In this document: positions 61,275 to 64,000 of the stretch, one piece after another
How the letters are laid out: each line of letters begins with the position of its first letter
Numbering within the stretch: the stretch's first letter is position 1
NCBI GenBank assembly: GCA_963727445.1
Contig: CAVSGI010000015.1
Location: 128,001-192,000, forward strand
Direction: 5' to 3'
DNA: 64,000 bases
Source: an uncultured delta proteobacterium
GTDB taxonomy: Bacteria > Myxococcota_A > Polyangia > Polyangiales > B10-G4
Program-made: the position numbers and the translations under genes
Notes under the pieces: generated by a model
What the model was told of the DNA's origin: nothing
The model's database searches: none
The model's input: only the letters and a program-made list of their open reading frames with translations

Positions 61275-61664
61275 TTCGTGATTGCTGGCCTCTCGAATCC
61301 GCCTGCGGGAAGCCTCGCGGCACTCCCGGCAGCGGCTGAGGGAGGTCAGGGAGCTTAGCTCGCTACCACCCCCATCGAGAGGCCAACGATACTGTGTTCA
61401 TTCATGTGCAACTTGCTCCCCCGGCTTTCGCCGGCACCCAGGGACACACCGGCCTCGAAGCTGATGCCGGGCCACGATCTGGGCGTTCCGTCTAGGGGAT
61501 CCACTTCGGCGCGGGCGGACGAACGGGCTGAGCCGTGAAGTCGCGCTCGCGGTGCGGATCCCGCAGTCAAAGTGGCAGGATTCCCAGAGGGAATTCGAAC
61601 CATTCCGGGGCTATTGCCCATCCGCCACATATCAGACGCTCCCCGAGCCGAGACCCGGTGAACC
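61237..61664 (-). ncRNA. Candidate large structured non-coding RNA (~430 nt), class unrecognised
   Basis: Bounded by promoter and terminator; about ten nested helices; GAAA and GCGA tetraloops and G-U pairs that work only on the minus strand; no credible protein gene. Confidence 0.6.
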
Positions 61665-61669
61665 ATTTG

Positions 61670-61698
61670 AGGGTAAGGCCGAGGAAGCGAGTCGCCAA
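61670..61698 (-). promoter_or_regulatory. Sigma70-type promoter for the candidate ncRNA
   Basis: TTGGCG (61698-61693), 17-bp spacer, TACCCT (61675-61670). Confidence 0.6.
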
Positions 61699-61783
61699 GC
61701 ATTCGGAGAATTTTTTCTAGACCGAAGCCGGATCCAGAGACGTCTGGGCCCTCACCGGATCGAGAGATTTCTTGGAGGGCTCG

Positions 61784-63208
61784 ATGGAAAAGACTGCTGC
61801 GAAGAGCGTGCTGATCGCGCTCGTTTCACTCATGGCCGCCTGTGGCGGCGCCTCGACGACCGAGGTCCAGGACCCGGGCGTCGTCTCCCTCTCGGGCACC
61901 CTGGGCAACACCTTCGTTCCGGCCGGCGAAAACGGTGAGGTCCTCGCGCGGGTTCGCGTCTCGACCCGCGCGCTGGACGGCAGCGCCCGACCCCCGATCA
62001 ACCTGGCGCTCGTCGTCGACACCTCGGGCTCGATGGCGGGAGAGCCGATCGAAGACGCGCGCGAGGCATCACTCGCGATCCTGGATCTCCTGCGCGAGGG
62101 CGATCGCCTGAGCGTCGTCGCGTTCCACAGCACGACCGAGGTGCTCCTTTCGTCGACGGTGATCGAGGACAACCTGGACGAGCTCCGCGAGGACATCGGT
62201 CGGATGGAGGCGCAGGGGACCACCGACATGGCGGGCGGCCTCCAGGCGGGGCTCACCGAGCTGATGTCGCACTACGAACCGAACGGTGTGAACCGCCTGG
62301 TGCTTCTTGGCGACGGCGTGCCCAACGACGAGGCGGGCATCGTGGCGATGGCCCAGGCGTCGGGCGAGCGCGGCATGAGCGTCACCGCCATCGGGCTCGG
62401 GCTCGACTACAACGAGACGCTCATGGGCGACATCGCCCAGGTCAGCGGCGGGCAGTTCCACTACGTCGAGGAGTCCGAGCAGGTGGCTTCGCTCTTCCGT
62501 GACGAGGTCATTCGCATGCAGCGCGTGTCGGGGCGCAACGCCGTGGTGCGGCTTCAGCCGGGCCCGGGCGTGACGATCCAGAGCGTCGTCGGGCAGAACG
62601 TGCAGAACCTCGGGGCCTACGTGGAGGTGCACCTCGGCGATCTGCACGAGGGCGAGCACCGTGACCTGATGGTGCGCGCGACGGTGGAAGGCCGCCGCCC
62701 GGGCGCGACGGTCGAGCTGATGGACGTCCACCTCGGCTTCGACGACGCGGTGATGGAAGGCGGCCGTCTCGAGCGGCGCGTGTTCCTGGGCGCGAAGAGC
62801 ACCGACGACGTCGAGGAGCTGGCGAGCGGCCGCAACACGGACGTCGAGCGCGAGGCGGCCCGGATGCAGGCGGCGGCGGTGACCATTCAGGCGGTGCGCA
62901 TGACCCGCGAGGGCGAGCTCCAGGCGGCGCGGGCGATGCTCGAGCGCGCCGAGCAGGACGCGCGCAACTTCGTCGACGAGGAGAGCGATGGCGACGAGGA
63001 CTTCGCGGCGCAAATCGAGACGATGAGCGCCTTTCGGCAGTCGCTCGGCGCGCCCAGCACCGGCACCGCCGCGGCGGGCGCCAGCGACGATTACGACGAG
63101 CCCGAAGCCGACGTGAGCGAGCCCTCTGCGCCGCCCATGCCCGCCGTCGACCGCGCGCGCATCCAGCGCGAGGTGCACAGCGAGAGCCTGGACGCACTCG
63201 GCTACTGA
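61784..63208 (+). CDS. von Willebrand factor A domain lipoprotein (YfbK-like)
   Basis: GGAGG RBS; MAAC lipobox; NLALVVDTSGSM MIDAS; LLGDG; GLGLDYNE. Confidence 0.9.
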   Translation: MEKTAAKSVLIALVSLMAACGGASTTEVQDPGVVSLSGTLGNTFVPAGENGEVLARVRVSTRALDGSARPPINLALVVDTSGSMAGEPIEDAREASLAILDLLREGDRLSVVAFHSTTEVLLSSTVIEDNLDELREDIGRMEAQGTTDMAGGLQAGLTELMSHYEPNGVNRLVLLGDGVPNDEAGIVAMAQASGERGMSVTAIGLGLDYNETLMGDIAQVSGGQFHYVEESEQVASLFRDEVIRMQRVSGRNAVVRLQPGPGVTIQSVVGQNVQNLGAYVEVHLGDLHEGEHRDLMVRATVEGRRPGATVELMDVHLGFDDAVMEGGRLERRVFLGAKSTDDVEELASGRNTDVEREAARMQAAAVTIQAVRMTREGELQAARAMLERAEQDARNFVDEESDGDEDFAAQIETMSAFRQSLGAPSTGTAAAGASDDYDEPEADVSEPSAPPMPAVDRARIQREVHSESLDALGY

Positions 63209-63250
63209 GCACCGAGACGGCTCGGACACCCGGTATGACTCTCGCGAGCC

Positions 63251-64000
63251 GTGGTTCGTCTCGCCTTCGCATTGCTCTTGCTGGCCGGCTGCGGTCCGTG
63301 GCAGCGGCCGGTGCGGAGCACCTGGGCGAGCGGTCAGGGCCTGCCGCATCACTTCGCGCCCGACGTGGTGACCAACCCCGGCGCGGGCGTGGATGTCACC
63401 GCGAAGTTCGCCTACGGCTTCTACAGCGTGGACCTCGAAGGGGAGGAGGTGAAGGCGTCGATTCGTCTTCGCCGGGGTTGGGTGACGCTGGGCACGGCCA
63501 CCACCGACGACGAAGGCTGGGTCCGCGTCGACGTCCCACCGAACCTGCTGCGTGAGCCCGGCGTCTACCCCGTTCGCCTCGTCGTCGCCGACGGAACCGC
63601 CGCCGAGGCCCGGGTCTTCGTGCTCGCACGCGGCACGCACATCGCGGTCTTCGACGTCGACGGCACGTTGACCCGCGACGACCTCGAGCTCCTCGATCAG
63701 ATCACCGGAGGCACCGCCGACGCCTATCCCGGCGCGGACGACATCGTCTGGCACTACGCCCGGCGCGGCGTCCAGCCCGTCTACATCACTGCGCGCTTCT
63801 ACCTCTTCGGCCGCATGACCCGCCGGTGGCTCGCCGACGGCGCCTTTCCCCCCGGTCCACTCTTCGCGACCCGTTCCCTCGCCGAGTCGGGCGCCAGCGA
63901 TGCAGACGGCGCCCACACCTTCAAGCGCAAAGTCCTCGCGGATCTCCAAGGCCGCCTGGGCCTCGTCATCGAAGCCGCCTATGGCAACGCCGACACCGAC
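63251..64000 (+). CDS. LNS2/PITP (Lipin/Nir-like) HAD-fold lipoprotein, partial (runs off window, absent from the ORF track)
   Basis: VVRLAFALLLLAGC lipobox; KFAYG..DLEGEEV; AVFDVDGTLT; VYITAR; FK; AAYGNADTD. Confidence 0.8.
   Translation, partial: MVRLAFALLLLAGCGPWQRPVRSTWASGQGLPHHFAPDVVTNPGAGVDVTAKFAYGFYSVDLEGEEVKASIRLRRGWVTLGTATTDDEGWVRVDVPPNLLREPGVYPVRLVVADGTAAEARVFVLARGTHIAVFDVDGTLTRDDLELLDQITGGTADAYPGADDIVWHYARRGVQPVYITARFYLFGRMTRRWLADGAFPPGPLFATRSLAESGASDADGAHTFKRKVLADLQGRLGLVIEAAYGNADTD

Noticed and set aside
61529..61565. GAGCCGTG... resembling group II intron domain V
   Set aside because: It does not form the DV hairpin; no other intron domains or intron-encoded protein.
61237..61664. 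Identity as tmRNA (standard or permuted), tRNA, RNase P, SRP or retron msr-msd
   Set aside because: The GGTTCGAA hairpin is not followed by an acceptor strand plus CCA; there are no RNase P conserved regions, no SRP helix-8 motif and no reverse transcriptase nearby.
61355..61702. 115-aa ORF across the structured region
   Set aside because: It begins inside the predicted promoter, has no recognisable motif and has atypical codon usage.
61718..61744. Possible ECF promoter TAGACC-N17-CGTC before the vWA gene
   Set aside because: Plausible, but too short to support without a cognate sigma or a mapped TSS.

Overview
High-GC chromosomal window, most likely from a myxobacterium (Myxococcota, Polyangiales-like). 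This is inferred from the TIGR02266-type PilZ protein, four Hanks Ser/Thr kinases, an FHA-sigma54 activator, DUF1552/DUF1592 pairs and Cys-rich lipoproteins. Housekeeping genes (folK, xseA, aroE, astB, ychF, DUF167, YceI) alternate with accessory signalling and secreted-protein loci. Most notable: (1) a ~430-nt ORF-poor, extensively base-paired minus-strand unit at 61237-61664 with its own sigma70-type promoter and intrinsic terminator, a candidate large non-coding RNA that I cannot match to a known class; (2) a divergent kinase/FHA-sigma54 activator pair flanked by two outward-facing sigma54 promoters sharing an upstream motif, driving a Kazal/antistasin-DUF1592-DUF1552 operon and a RIFT-barrel-like enzyme; (3) an ECF sigma-kinase(PPC x3) operon divergent from a secreted caspase-PPC protein; (4) an ABC-ATPase + DUF4276/TOPRIM-like putative defence pair next to ychF; (5) REP/MITE-like palindromic elements, two atypical SOD-fold lipoproteins, an ECF/anti-sigma fusion and many apparently leaderless genes. 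Frameshift clusters at ~46.7-48.5 kb and ~55.4-56.4 kb are probably sequencing errors. All family calls come from motif recognition by eye, not database searches.
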